Source of the DNA: an uncultured Ectothiorhodospiraceae bacterium
Lineage (GTDB): Bacteria > Pseudomonadota > Gammaproteobacteria > S012-40
Assembly (NCBI GenBank): GCA_945787125.1
Contig: CALZHW010000006.1
Span: forward strand, 1 to 53,009
Length of the DNA stretch: 53,009 nt
Direction: 5' to 3'
Under the pieces are notes generated by a model that did no database searches, was not told where the DNA came from, and was given only the letters and a program-made list of their open reading frames with translations. The position numbers and the translations under genes are program-made. Positions 28,424 through 37,377 of the stretch are shown piece after piece. Every line of letters begins with the position of its first letter. The stretch's first letter is position 1.

Positions 28424-30139
28424 ATGACACAGAAAAACACAAACAAGCTGAATTGGTTGCGCAATCACACACTCGCGCTCATAGCCATAAGCACTTTAGC
28501 AGGCTGCGCGACGCTAAAACAGCCTGGTGAAATTTCGACTGAAGAACTCCGGTTAAGTGAGTATGCAACTATCGCTAGCATAGATGCCGTTACCAAACTT
28601 GAAAAAAATTATCATTCCTCCCGCAAATCAGAAATCGATGTTTTTGCTCCAACACATTACAGCACCGCCGGAGCAGCACTTGCGGAAGCCAAAGCCCTCA
28701 TTAATGAAAAAAAAGGCTCACGTGAGCAAATTGTTCACAAAGTGGCTGTGGGCGAAGCAGTGCTGCGCAATGCTGATCGCGTCATACGCCAGATAAAAGA
28801 AACACTGTCTGACGAAATAGAATTAAAAACCAAGCTGGAATCATTAAACACCGCAGATGTTTATGAAAACGAATATGGAAGCCTGTTAGATCGGCTTAAT
28901 CTAATTATTAAAAACATCGAAACAGGCAAAGCACCGACCAGCAGTAACCGTGAAAAACTTATCCAGGACATGCAACAGCTAGAATCCAAAACACGACGTT
29001 ACAACGCGATGCATGAGCCTGAAGAAATTCTCAAACGCGTTAAATATCGTGGCGGCGAAACATTAGCACCGCTGACATTCCAGGAAACGATTAACGTATT
29101 TGCTCGCGCAGAAGAATTTATCCAACAAAATCCAACTTATGACATTGGCATCGAACAAATAGGTAAAGAAGCATTATTTGCCGCCAAACGCGCGCTGCAC
29201 ATTACAGAGCAAGTTGCTGCGCTGAGCCAAAAAATCGATTTAGCACCAGAACAAATCATCCTGGATGAAGAATACCGGCTGCATCGGGTTGCGCGCGAGT
29301 TAAGCGACAAGGATTTCCGCGACAATCCGCTGGAAGCACAATCAGAGTTATTGACAAAAGCGGCCATTGCACACGCCAACGAGTTGCGGAAAAGAGAAGA
29401 GCTCGTTCTTGCATTAAAAGAAACACTCATTGAAGTACGGGACCCAGCCGCTCAATTCAGTTCGCTTAATGAAACCACGAATCAATTAAAAGCAGAAAAA
29501 AACGAATGGCTTGCCAAAGAAGCGCTTTACAAAGCTAAAGTCAGCGAGCTTGAAGAAAAGCTGCAACAAGCCATTGCGCAACTTGATCAAACTCAACAAA
29601 CCGTGCTCGCGATTCAAAACCAAAATTCCCCAGATAACCCAGCTAATCAATCAGCAGCAACGAATGAGCTGGACAAACAAGAATCAGTAGCGCAAAAAAC
29701 TATCGAGCTAGGCAATAGCGTCACACCATTACAACAAGACAAAAGCACATTAACTACCACCGCCACCCAGAACCAGCCTGCCAAATCAAAACTACCGGCG
29801 ACAATTGCCACTGATAAAACAAGGCTAGAAAATGCAGCGAATTTATCTACCGACAACGATCGAGTTGACATAGCGAATGAAACGGAAAGTCTTCAAAATG
29901 CGCCTCTGTCAACCAAAGATGATACTGAAAAAGCAGATATCACAGGGTTAGAAAAAGCCATAACTCAAGCGGTAAAAAACAAGAATGAAGAAGCGCTAGC
30001 AACTACGAAGCGACTAATCAAGCAATTGCAAGCCGACAGTAACACTGCAACAACAGATAACAATACAAGCACAACTAAAAATACTGAAACTAAACCAAGC
30101 AACTCACAAAATTCTATTTTCGTAGATGCAGGTGAGTAG
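28424..30139 (+). CDS. Hypothetical helical lipoprotein with a coiled-coil and low-complexity C-terminus
   Basis: Lipobox LAGC; 571-aa ORF; T/N/Q-rich tail. Confidence 0.75.
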   Translation: MTQKNTNKLNWLRNHTLALIAISTLAGCATLKQPGEISTEELRLSEYATIASIDAVTKLEKNYHSSRKSEIDVFAPTHYSTAGAALAEAKALINEKKGSREQIVHKVAVGEAVLRNADRVIRQIKETLSDEIELKTKLESLNTADVYENEYGSLLDRLNLIIKNIETGKAPTSSNREKLIQDMQQLESKTRRYNAMHEPEEILKRVKYRGGETLAPLTFQETINVFARAEEFIQQNPTYDIGIEQIGKEALFAAKRALHITEQVAALSQKIDLAPEQIILDEEYRLHRVARELSDKDFRDNPLEAQSELLTKAAIAHANELRKREELVLALKETLIEVRDPAAQFSSLNETTNQLKAEKNEWLAKEALYKAKVSELEEKLQQAIAQLDQTQQTVLAIQNQNSPDNPANQSAATNELDKQESVAQKTIELGNSVTPLQQDKSTLTTTATQNQPAKSKLPATIATDKTRLENAANLSTDNDRVDIANETESLQNAPLSTKDDTEKADITGLEKAITQAVKNKNEEALATTKRLIKQLQADSNTATTDNNTSTTKNTETKPSNSQNSIFVDAGE

Positions 30140-30158
30140 TCAGCCTACCTAAAGCCTA

Positions 30159-30365
30159 GGAGCCTGTCCGAGAATGGAGAGCCTGCTCGGCAACTGCTCC
30201 TGCGTTGCTCTACCTCCTGCATCCATGCAGTCGTGCGGATTGTTATTTTTGACCATTCCTTCCGTTCATTTTCGTTAAATAGAATGACTATTCGCCTCAA
30301 ATGAACGAAAAAACTGCTCTAAAATAACTTTCCCTCACGACGACTCCCATTCTCGGACAGGCTCC
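30159..30365. mobile_element. GGAGCCTGTCCGAGAATGG MITE (inverted copy of 7858-8016) carrying a 47-nt insertion
   Basis: Same TIRs and CTAG flanks; aligns to the reverse complement of 7858-8016 except for the insert at 30187-30233. Confidence 0.9.
30187..30233 (-). mobile_element. 47-nt double-hairpin mini-element
   Basis: CGACTGCATGGATGCAGGAGGTAGAGCAACGCAGGAGCAGTTGCCGA; absent from the empty copy at about 7988. Confidence 0.9.
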
Positions 30366-30449
30366 TAGCGTAAAAATAGTATACAATTATGGGCTTCCGA
30401 TAGGCAATATAACAAAGCGAATAGTGGATTATGAGGTTACCCTAAACAC

Positions 30450-31373
30450 ATGTCTGCTAAAAAACATAAGGCAAAAATCGGTATCGCTTTAGGCAGCGGC
30501 TCTGCTCGCGGCTGGGCGCACATTGGTATCATCAAGGCATTGGAAGCCAATGGCATCAAACCAGAAATAATCTGCGGCACATCAATTGGGGCGTTAGTTG
30601 GCAGCATGTATGCCACCAATGAGCTTGAGTTTCTTGAAAAATGGCTATTAAAACTCGATAAGCGAAAAATTGTCAAATACACAGATATAAGCTTATTAGC
30701 TGCTGGTGGTTTTGTTGAAGGCAATTCACTCATGAATTTTTTCAAAAAACAAATTGGCGATCATAATATTGAAGATCTCGACAAACAATTCGCCTGTGTT
30801 GCAACCGACTTGGAATCCGGAACGGAAAAATGGATTCAGCATGGTTCTATTCTCGATGCAGTCCGTGCTTCTATTGCTGTACCTGGCTTGTTTACACCGG
30901 TAAAATACCACAACCACTGGCTGGTAGACGGTGCCTTAGTAAACCCTGTACCTATCTCCGTATGCCGCGCACTTGGTGCGGAAAAAGTTATCGCTGTAAA
31001 TCTACACGTTGAAGCACTAGGCAAACCACTTAAACGCCCGCTGCCGAATCAAGACTCATTATTTAGCTCGCTCATTGAACGCACTATGCTTACAAAATTC
31101 ACCAATCAAGTGAAAGGCTCATTTCCAGATTTGTTTAAAGAAAAACAAATAGCACCCGGCATTTTCGATGTATTAACTAATTCAATCAACATTATGCAGG
31201 ATCGAATAACACGAAGCCGAATGGCCGGGGATCCGGCAGATGTTTTGCTCTTACCAAAGCTTGGACATATTGGGCTTATGGAATTTGATCGCGCAGAAGA
31301 AGCCATCCAAGCCGGCGAAGAAGTTGTCACACTTCATATGCCTTACATTAAAAGCATGCTTAACCTGGATTAG
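30450..31373 (+). CDS. rssA: Patatin-like phospholipase RssA
   Basis: LGSGSARGWAHIG, GTSIG, DGAL, MQDRITRSRMAGDP. Confidence 0.9.
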   Translation: MSAKKHKAKIGIALGSGSARGWAHIGIIKALEANGIKPEIICGTSIGALVGSMYATNELEFLEKWLLKLDKRKIVKYTDISLLAAGGFVEGNSLMNFFKKQIGDHNIEDLDKQFACVATDLESGTEKWIQHGSILDAVRASIAVPGLFTPVKYHNHWLVDGALVNPVPISVCRALGAEKVIAVNLHVEALGKPLKRPLPNQDSLFSSLIERTMLTKFTNQVKGSFPDLFKEKQIAPGIFDVLTNSINIMQDRITRSRMAGDPADVLLLPKLGHIGLMEFDRAEEAIQAGEEVVTLHMPYIKSMLNLD

Positions 31374-31376
31374 ACA

Positions 31377-32048
31377 TTGAATATTTCTGCCCTACAGCCA
31401 ACCAATATCAAAACAAGCAATGGCATCACCGCAGTACACTTTTCATTCAACGGGCCAGCCGGCAAGATTGAAGCGCTACTCACTGCGCCTGAAACAAATA
31501 ATGATTTCAACGCTATCAGTGTCATCTGTCACCCTCACCCATTACATGGCGGCACGCTTACCAACAAAGTCGTCCATATAGCAGCGAAAGCCATGAATGA
31601 TTTAGGCGTACCTGCGTTGCGATTTAATTTTCGGGGTGTTGGGCAAAGTCAGGGGGAGCACGATAATGCCGTCGGTGAGCGTGAAGATTTACTCGCCGCT
31701 ATTGAGCAAATACAGCAGCTCTACCCTCGGCGAGAGTTATGGTTGGTAGGATTTTCATTTGGCGCCTATATCGCTTTAGCAACTGCACATCAAAGCAAGG
31801 CAAAAAAACTGATAACCATTGCACCGGCTATTCATCTTTATGATTTCAACCAAATCGTTTTACCGAACAATGACTGGCTTTTAATTCAAGGTGATGCTGA
31901 TGAGATTGTTCCCGCGAAAGAAGCCATCCTATGGGCCGAGCAACTAGAACACCCACCCACTATTGCTGTGCTGCATGATGCAGGGCACTTTTTTCACGGC
32001 CGCCTAAATGAATTACGTGACATCATTGTAAAACACATAAACCCTTGA
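31377..32048 (+). CDS. Alpha/beta fold hydrolase
   Basis: CHPHPLHGGT, RFNFRGVG, GFSFG, QGDADE, AGHFFHG. Confidence 0.9.
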   Translation: MNISALQPTNIKTSNGITAVHFSFNGPAGKIEALLTAPETNNDFNAISVICHPHPLHGGTLTNKVVHIAAKAMNDLGVPALRFNFRGVGQSQGEHDNAVGEREDLLAAIEQIQQLYPRRELWLVGFSFGAYIALATAHQSKAKKLITIAPAIHLYDFNQIVLPNNDWLLIQGDADEIVPAKEAILWAEQLEHPPTIAVLHDAGHFFHGRLNELRDIIVKHINP

Positions 32049-32065
32049 AAATTCGAACAACAGCC

Positions 32066-32410
32066 ATGACTAAAAAACTAAATATATGTAACATCAGAGA
32101 TATACCGGAAAACACCTGCAAAGGGTTCGCACTAGAAAAGAACAATACCGAACAAACCATTTTCATTATCAACAAAGAACATCAATTTTATGCTTATAAA
32201 AATTTCTGCCCGCATACTGGCGCCCCGCTGAACTGGCAGGATGACGTCTATATGGATTTAGATAACAACCATATCCAATGTAGCGTGCATGGCGCTTTAT
32301 TCGAAGCGAAATCTGGCCGGTGCATTTGGGGCCCCTGTGTCAATCAATCGCTACTCTCAGTGACCATTGAAATTAACAACGGAAAAATTTCAATCACCCA
32401 GCCTGATTGA
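32066..32410 (+). CDS. Rieske 2Fe-2S ferredoxin
   Basis: CPHTG and CSVHGALF ligand boxes. Confidence 0.9.
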   Translation: MTKKLNICNIRDIPENTCKGFALEKNNTEQTIFIINKEHQFYAYKNFCPHTGAPLNWQDDVYMDLDNNHIQCSVHGALFEAKSGRCIWGPCVNQSLLSVTIEINNGKISITQPD

Positions 32411-32553
32411 CGAAGAAATATGCAATCAATTACCCGCTTGCCTTAATTCATAAAACAAAGTAATAATGTTTCAATCAAACAAATGAATATAGGCTCAAAA
32501 CCTGCCTCCATTAATTTAAATCGCATTTATTCACACACCACAGGAAAGTTGTA

Positions 32554-33180
32554 ATGAGTAATCTGTTCGTAAACCCATCGGGGGATCTGCAATTAAATCG
32601 TAACCGCTACTGCTCAACCTTAGTATTATGCGGCATTTTGTTAGGCGCGTCTTTTGCCATCTCCGCCAAAGATAAAAATGCCTATGAAGGACAGTTTTGG
32701 AGCACTGGTAAACATTTCCAGATTTCTGGTGAGACGGTAGCTATAGCGGAAGATGGAATCCATGACCCAACAAATATTACAGCGTTATTTGGCTTGCAGC
32801 CACCTGAAGAAGCAATGCGAAACTTCCCTCGCGACTCCGCCGGGCTGATAGACTGGGTACAAACTCTGGACAAAGGACACATCGCACCCCGCTCTGATTT
32901 ACACGGTGTGGGTGAGAATCTGCAGCCAATTGAGTTAGACATTATTTTCACCGCAATAAGCGCAATGAATCCCGTTTTATTCCAACATAAACAACACACT
33001 GCCTGGTTAGCCTGTGAAAATTGCCACCCAGCGATTTTTGTGAAGAAAAAGGGCGCCAATAAATTTACAATGGCTGATATATTGAATGGTAAATACTGCG
33101 GAGTTTGTCATGGTAAAGTTGCCTTCGCTCCCACAAAAAACTGTATTCGCTGTCATTCTGTCAACAAGAAAAAGAATTGA
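32554..33180 (+). CDS. Periplasmic c(7)-type triheme cytochrome
   Basis: Signal peptide; F.HKQH; CENCH, CGVCHGKVAF, CIRCH. Confidence 0.87.
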   Translation: MSNLFVNPSGDLQLNRNRYCSTLVLCGILLGASFAISAKDKNAYEGQFWSTGKHFQISGETVAIAEDGIHDPTNITALFGLQPPEEAMRNFPRDSAGLIDWVQTLDKGHIAPRSDLHGVGENLQPIELDIIFTAISAMNPVLFQHKQHTAWLACENCHPAIFVKKKGANKFTMADILNGKYCGVCHGKVAFAPTKNCIRCHSVNKKKN

Positions 33181-33262
33181 TTAGGAACGTGAATGAAATA
33201 ACTTGGATATCTGACGCTCATATTTAGTCTGTATTGGCAGGTTCTAATTGAACAAAAGTGCA

Positions 33263-33309
33263 TTAGGGCAGGACGCCCGTAAGTAGAATAACGCAGGAGC
33301 AGTTATCGA
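33263..33309 (+). mobile_element. 47-nt double-hairpin mini-element
   Basis: TTAGGGCAGGACGCCCGTAAGTAGAATAACGCAGGAGCAGTTATCGA inserted at GTGCA^GGAAT. Confidence 0.85.
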
Positions 33310-33372
33310 GGAATAGTCGTTCTATTTCGAGCTTTTGTGATTGCAGAACGTGCCAAGACGGGCTGAAGATGA

Positions 33373-33419
33373 CGACTGCATGGATGCAGGAGGTAGAGCG
33401 ACTCAGGAGATAAAGCCGA
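33373..33419 (+). mobile_element. 47-nt double-hairpin mini-element
   Basis: CGACTGCATGGATGCAGGAGGTAGAGCGACTCAGGAGATAAAGCCGA inserted at GATGA^GATGT. Confidence 0.85.
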
Positions 33420-33575
33420 GATGTAAAGATGGGTAAGTTATTTCATACACGTTCCTTAGCACAGCAATGCTCTCACCACTCATCAACATTTTATATACCG
33501 CTTAACAAAGAATGTTTGCACCCAGGATTCAAATGATTTAGCTTTACAATCTAATTATCTAATGAGTGCGCTTCA

Positions 33576-34484
33576 TTGCTCAATCAAATAAATCAAAAAG
33601 CCATCACCCTGCTCCGTCAACTTGATGACAGCAGGTTATCAACACGACTGCTTAGGGCCTTATATTGTACAATTTTAGAAATAAATGATAGCTATCTCAC
33701 TCTGCACGCTAAAAGTCTGGTGTATAGCACTTTGGTTAGTCTTGTACCCATTCTTGCTATTGGCTTTTCGCTGCTAAAATACTTTGGCGTACACAATCAG
33801 ATTTCTCCCATGCTGCATAACCTACTAGAGCCACTGGGTGATAAAGGCGATGAGATTGCAAGCTATATTATTAACCTGATTGACAACGTTGATGTCAACT
33901 TACTAGGAATTGTTGGAACATTAATACTGCTATACACTGTTATAAACACACTGACCCAAATTGAAGAAACACTAAATCATATTTGGAAGGTTAATAAACC
34001 CCGCTTTTGGTTAAAGAGGGTTTTTTATTATCTGGGAGTCATTATGCTATCCCCTGCTCTTGTAGTTGCTGGCTTGCTACTCACTGCCAGCCTAATGAAC
34101 AGCAATTTTGTTCAGACCATTCTCGAATTAGAGCCCTTTGGCACCTTGTATCTAACCCTCGTTTCTTTATTGCCATACTTTACAGTGATAATCGGCTTCA
34201 CGTTGGTTTATCTCTTTTTACCGAATACCAAAGTCAAAATTCTCACCGCCTTTGTCGGTGGTTTATCAGCGGGCTTGGCATGGAAACTTGTTGGTTATTT
34301 ATTTGCAGTATTTTTAAAAAACTCCTCCAATTATGATTTAATTTACTCTGGATTTGCAGCATTAATCATCTTTTTACTCTGGCTTTATATTAGCTGGTTG
34401 ATTTTTTTACTGGGCGGTCTGTTTGCTTATTCATTTCAAAACAGCGAAGTGTTCAATCAACCGGACAAAGAAAACGTAAAATAA
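33576..34484 (+). CDS. YihY / BrkB family membrane protein
   Basis: AKSLVYSTLVSLVP, IEETLNHIW, LPNTKV, IYSGFAAL..FLLWLYISW. Confidence 0.9.
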   Translation: MLNQINQKAITLLRQLDDSRLSTRLLRALYCTILEINDSYLTLHAKSLVYSTLVSLVPILAIGFSLLKYFGVHNQISPMLHNLLEPLGDKGDEIASYIINLIDNVDVNLLGIVGTLILLYTVINTLTQIEETLNHIWKVNKPRFWLKRVFYYLGVIMLSPALVVAGLLLTASLMNSNFVQTILELEPFGTLYLTLVSLLPYFTVIIGFTLVYLFLPNTKVKILTAFVGGLSAGLAWKLVGYLFAVFLKNSSNYDLIYSGFAALIIFLLWLYISWLIFLLGGLFAYSFQNSEVFNQPDKENVK

Positions 34485-34487
34485 AGA

Positions 34488-34519
34488 AATCAGAGCCCAT
34501 CAGTTAAATGGCTCTGATT
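34488..34519. terminator. Probable terminator hairpin between convergent genes
   Basis: AATCAGAGCC...GGCTCTGATT. Confidence 0.55.
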
Positions 34520-34539
34520 CCTTAAAAGTTCTATGGCGT

Positions 34540-35067
34540 TTAATTGTCAGAAACGAAGGTTTCGTCTTTGGCTGCTTCAGCATCGTCAGACGATGTTAAT
34601 TCTTTAACTTTTGATTTTAGTTTATCAAAAAAACCTGGTTCGTCGGCTTCTTTAGTGCTCGCTTCTAATTGCGCATCTCCCTCTACTGCAACTTCTGCTT
34701 GCGCTTCGACAGCACTTGCTTCTTCGCTGTCGGCAAGCGCATTTAATTTATCTTTAGCCGGTTCAGCTGTAGTTTCTTTCGCTGTTTCAAGTTGCTGCTC
34801 GGTTTTAGCTTGAGCGTCAGACGCAGTGCTTTCGCCTTGACCAATGATATCAGCGGCTTTATCTTTAGCGTCGTTTAGCAAGTTTTCTGAGCTTGCATCT
34901 TCAACATTAATACCACTTGCCATGGATTTGCCGGACGATATAGTATCGCTAACTTTTTGCACAACTTCCGCTTGATCAACAGCGTGAACAACACTGACAG
35001 CAGGCACCAATAAACTGGCAGCGAACAAAACACTTAATGCGGCAGGATGTTTTTTAATGAGTTTCAT
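34540..35067 (-). CDS. Secreted Ala/Asp/Glu-rich hypothetical protein
   Basis: AAGGA RBS, signal peptide ending VHA, acidic low-complexity body. Confidence 0.7.
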   Translation of the reverse strand: MKLIKKHPAALSVLFAASLLVPAVSVVHAVDQAEVVQKVSDTISSGKSMASGINVEDASSENLLNDAKDKAADIIGQGESTASDAQAKTEQQLETAKETTAEPAKDKLNALADSEEASAVEAQAEVAVEGDAQLEASTKEADEPGFFDKLKSKVKELTSSDDAEAAKDETFVSDN

Positions 35068-35449
35068 AGATATTTCCTTATAGAGTCATTAGTTTGGTAA
35101 AGATAGTTTGCTGAAATCTTGCGAATTTTTAGGCAGGGTATACCATAGAACTCAAACAGAAAAATGTGCATAATCATCGGGGTTAGCGTCCAACACCATC
35201 TACTGACACACATTTTAGAGCCAAGAAATACAGCTGTCTTAGTCTAGGCTCAGTGCGTTACGATAGCTAGCTTTTAATCGTAAAACATTGTCAGGAACGT
35301 GCACCACTACTCTGGAAAACTCAGCTGAGCATGACTTTAGGAGCAATGCCCAGAAAGTTACGCTCAAATATTCACCATTACATCAAGAGAAACAACAAAT
35401 ACCCGGCTACACTTGTTACAATAGCGTATGACTTCACATAAAGCGTAAA

Positions 35450-36307
35450 ATGAAAATACCAAACAGATTGCAGCCGCTAATCGACAATGGACTCATCGAT
35501 AGCATTATTTGTCAGTTAAAAAGTGGGAAAGAAGCCCAAGTTTACATGGTTCGTTGTGGCGAGAATGTGCGCTGCGCCAAGGTCTACAAAGAAGCCAATC
35601 AACGCAGCTTCAAGCAAGCCGTACAATACCAGGAAGGTCGAACATCGCGGAACAGCCGTCGCTCGCGTGCCATGCAGAAACGTACTCGTTATGGACAAAA
35701 AGAAAGCGAACAGGCCTGGCTTTCCGCTGAGGTAGATGCGCTATACAAGCTTGCTGCTGCGGGCGTGCGTGTACCCGAACCCTATGGTTTTGTTGATGGC
35801 GTATTACTCATGGAGCTAATTACCGATGACAATGGCCACGCAGCACCTCGCTTGAGTGATGTCATCTTTAGCGATGAGCAAGCACTGGAATACCATGAGC
35901 GGCTTATTGGTGAAATCGTACGCATGCTCTGTGCCGGACTAGTGCACGGCGATCTTTCTGAGTTCAACGTTTTAGTTGACCAAAACGGCCCTGTGATTAT
36001 CGACCTGCCGCAAGCTGTCAATGCCGCTGGCAACAACAACGCCGCTATGATGCTTGAACGAGACATCAACAACATGCGGGACTATTTCGGTCGTTACGCA
36101 CCTGAGCTACTGAGCACTGCATACAGCAAAGAGATCTGGAGCCATTACGAAAAAGGCAGGCTTAAACCCGACAGCACATTAACTGGTCAATATACAGAAA
36201 GTAGCTTCACGGCCGATGTTGATGGCGTTATGGTAGTCATCAATGACGCTCTGGAAGAAGAACTGGAACGACGCCGTTACGCGCAGGAGCAACTTGAAGA
36301 TAAATAA
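35450..36307 (+). CDS. RIO1-like serine/threonine kinase (PA4780-type)
   Basis: SGKEAQVY, CAKVYK, LVHGDLSEFN, IIDLPQ. Confidence 0.92.
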   Translation: MKIPNRLQPLIDNGLIDSIICQLKSGKEAQVYMVRCGENVRCAKVYKEANQRSFKQAVQYQEGRTSRNSRRSRAMQKRTRYGQKESEQAWLSAEVDALYKLAAAGVRVPEPYGFVDGVLLMELITDDNGHAAPRLSDVIFSDEQALEYHERLIGEIVRMLCAGLVHGDLSEFNVLVDQNGPVIIDLPQAVNAAGNNNAAMMLERDINNMRDYFGRYAPELLSTAYSKEIWSHYEKGRLKPDSTLTGQYTESSFTADVDGVMVVINDALEEELERRRYAQEQLEDK

Positions 36308-36387
36308 CTCGCATTTATCCCAGATGCTCAAATTTATCAGTCCCGCTACGGAAAGCTGGGATAAAGAAACCGGTAAATTAATTTTTT

Positions 36388-37377
36388 ATGCGAAAAAAAA
36401 ATAAAGTGACACACCAGCGCCGGCAAGAAATAGCAAAAAAAGGATTGCTACACCCACGGAATCTTCATCAAGGGCGTTATGATTTAATCGCGCTAAGCAA
36501 AACCTGCCCTGAATTAAAAAAATACTGTAAAGCTAAACCGAACGGAGATATGAGCATAGATTTTAGTCATGCTAATGCCGTGCTTTGCTTAAACAAAGCG
36601 CTGTTGGCGCATTTCTATCACGTCACCCACTGGTGCATTCCCGCAGGCTATCTCTGCCCGCCGATCCCTGGACGAGCTGATTACATACACTATATTGCTG
36701 ATCTTTTAGCAACATCCAACCAAGGTAAAATACCTACAGACAAAAATCTAAAAGTGCTAGACATAGGCACTGGCGCGAATTGTATTTACCCAATTATCGG
36801 CAGCCAAAGTTACGGCTGGCAGTTTATCGCGACGGACATAGATCCTCGATCAATCAAATCAGCCAAGCTGATCGCAGAGTCAAACGGTTGCCTGAGCCAA
36901 TTAATTAAAGTGATACCGCAAAGTGAAAAACAGAAAATCTTCACAGGAATAATCAATGATGAAGACCGATTTGATCTTAGCCTGTGCAACCCACCCTTCA
37001 ACGCATCTTTAGCTGAAGCTCAATTCAACACCCAGCGTAAGCTGCAAAATCTGAACAAAGGCAAGTTAAAAAAAAGCCAGATCAAACGCAATTTTGCTGG
37101 TCAAGAAACGGAGTTATGCTATCCCGGGGGAGAAATCAATTTTTTAACAATCATGGCTAATGAAAGCAAAATTTTTAGCGAACAGGTTTACTGGTTTAGC
37201 AGCCTGGTTTCCAAGAATGAAAATATCCGTCCATTAAAAAAACGACTAATCAAATTGGGCGCCAGGCAGATTGAAGTGATCGAAATGTCTCAAGGACAAA
37301 AGATAAGCCGGCTTATTGCCTGGAGTTTCCTGTCAATTGAGCAGCAGCAGAAGTGGGCGCAAGAACGCTGGAATTGA
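36388..37377 (+). CDS. rlmF: 23S rRNA m6A1618 methyltransferase
   Basis: LHPRN, YLCPPIPGRADYIH, LDIGTGANCIYP, CNPPF, MSQGQKISR. Confidence 0.95.
   Translation: MRKKNKVTHQRRQEIAKKGLLHPRNLHQGRYDLIALSKTCPELKKYCKAKPNGDMSIDFSHANAVLCLNKALLAHFYHVTHWCIPAGYLCPPIPGRADYIHYIADLLATSNQGKIPTDKNLKVLDIGTGANCIYPIIGSQSYGWQFIATDIDPRSIKSAKLIAESNGCLSQLIKVIPQSEKQKIFTGIINDEDRFDLSLCNPPFNASLAEAQFNTQRKLQNLNKGKLKKSQIKRNFAGQETELCYPGGEINFLTIMANESKIFSEQVYWFSSLVSKNENIRPLKKRLIKLGARQIEVIEMSQGQKISRLIAWSFLSIEQQQKWAQERWN

Larger units (their letters stand above)
33184..33455. mobile_element. GGAACGTG-family fold-back MITE with two 47-nt insertions
   Basis: TTA|GGAACGTGAATGAAATAACTT...AAGTTATTTCATACACGTTCC|TTA. Removing 33263-33309 and 33373-33419 restores a continuous imperfect palindrome centred on AATAG-n5-CTATT. 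Confidence 0.88.

Noticed and set aside
35432-35441. Lone CTTCACATAA matching half of the 20-bp insert
   Set aside because: No partner arm or duplicated core; a single 10-mer match can occur by chance.
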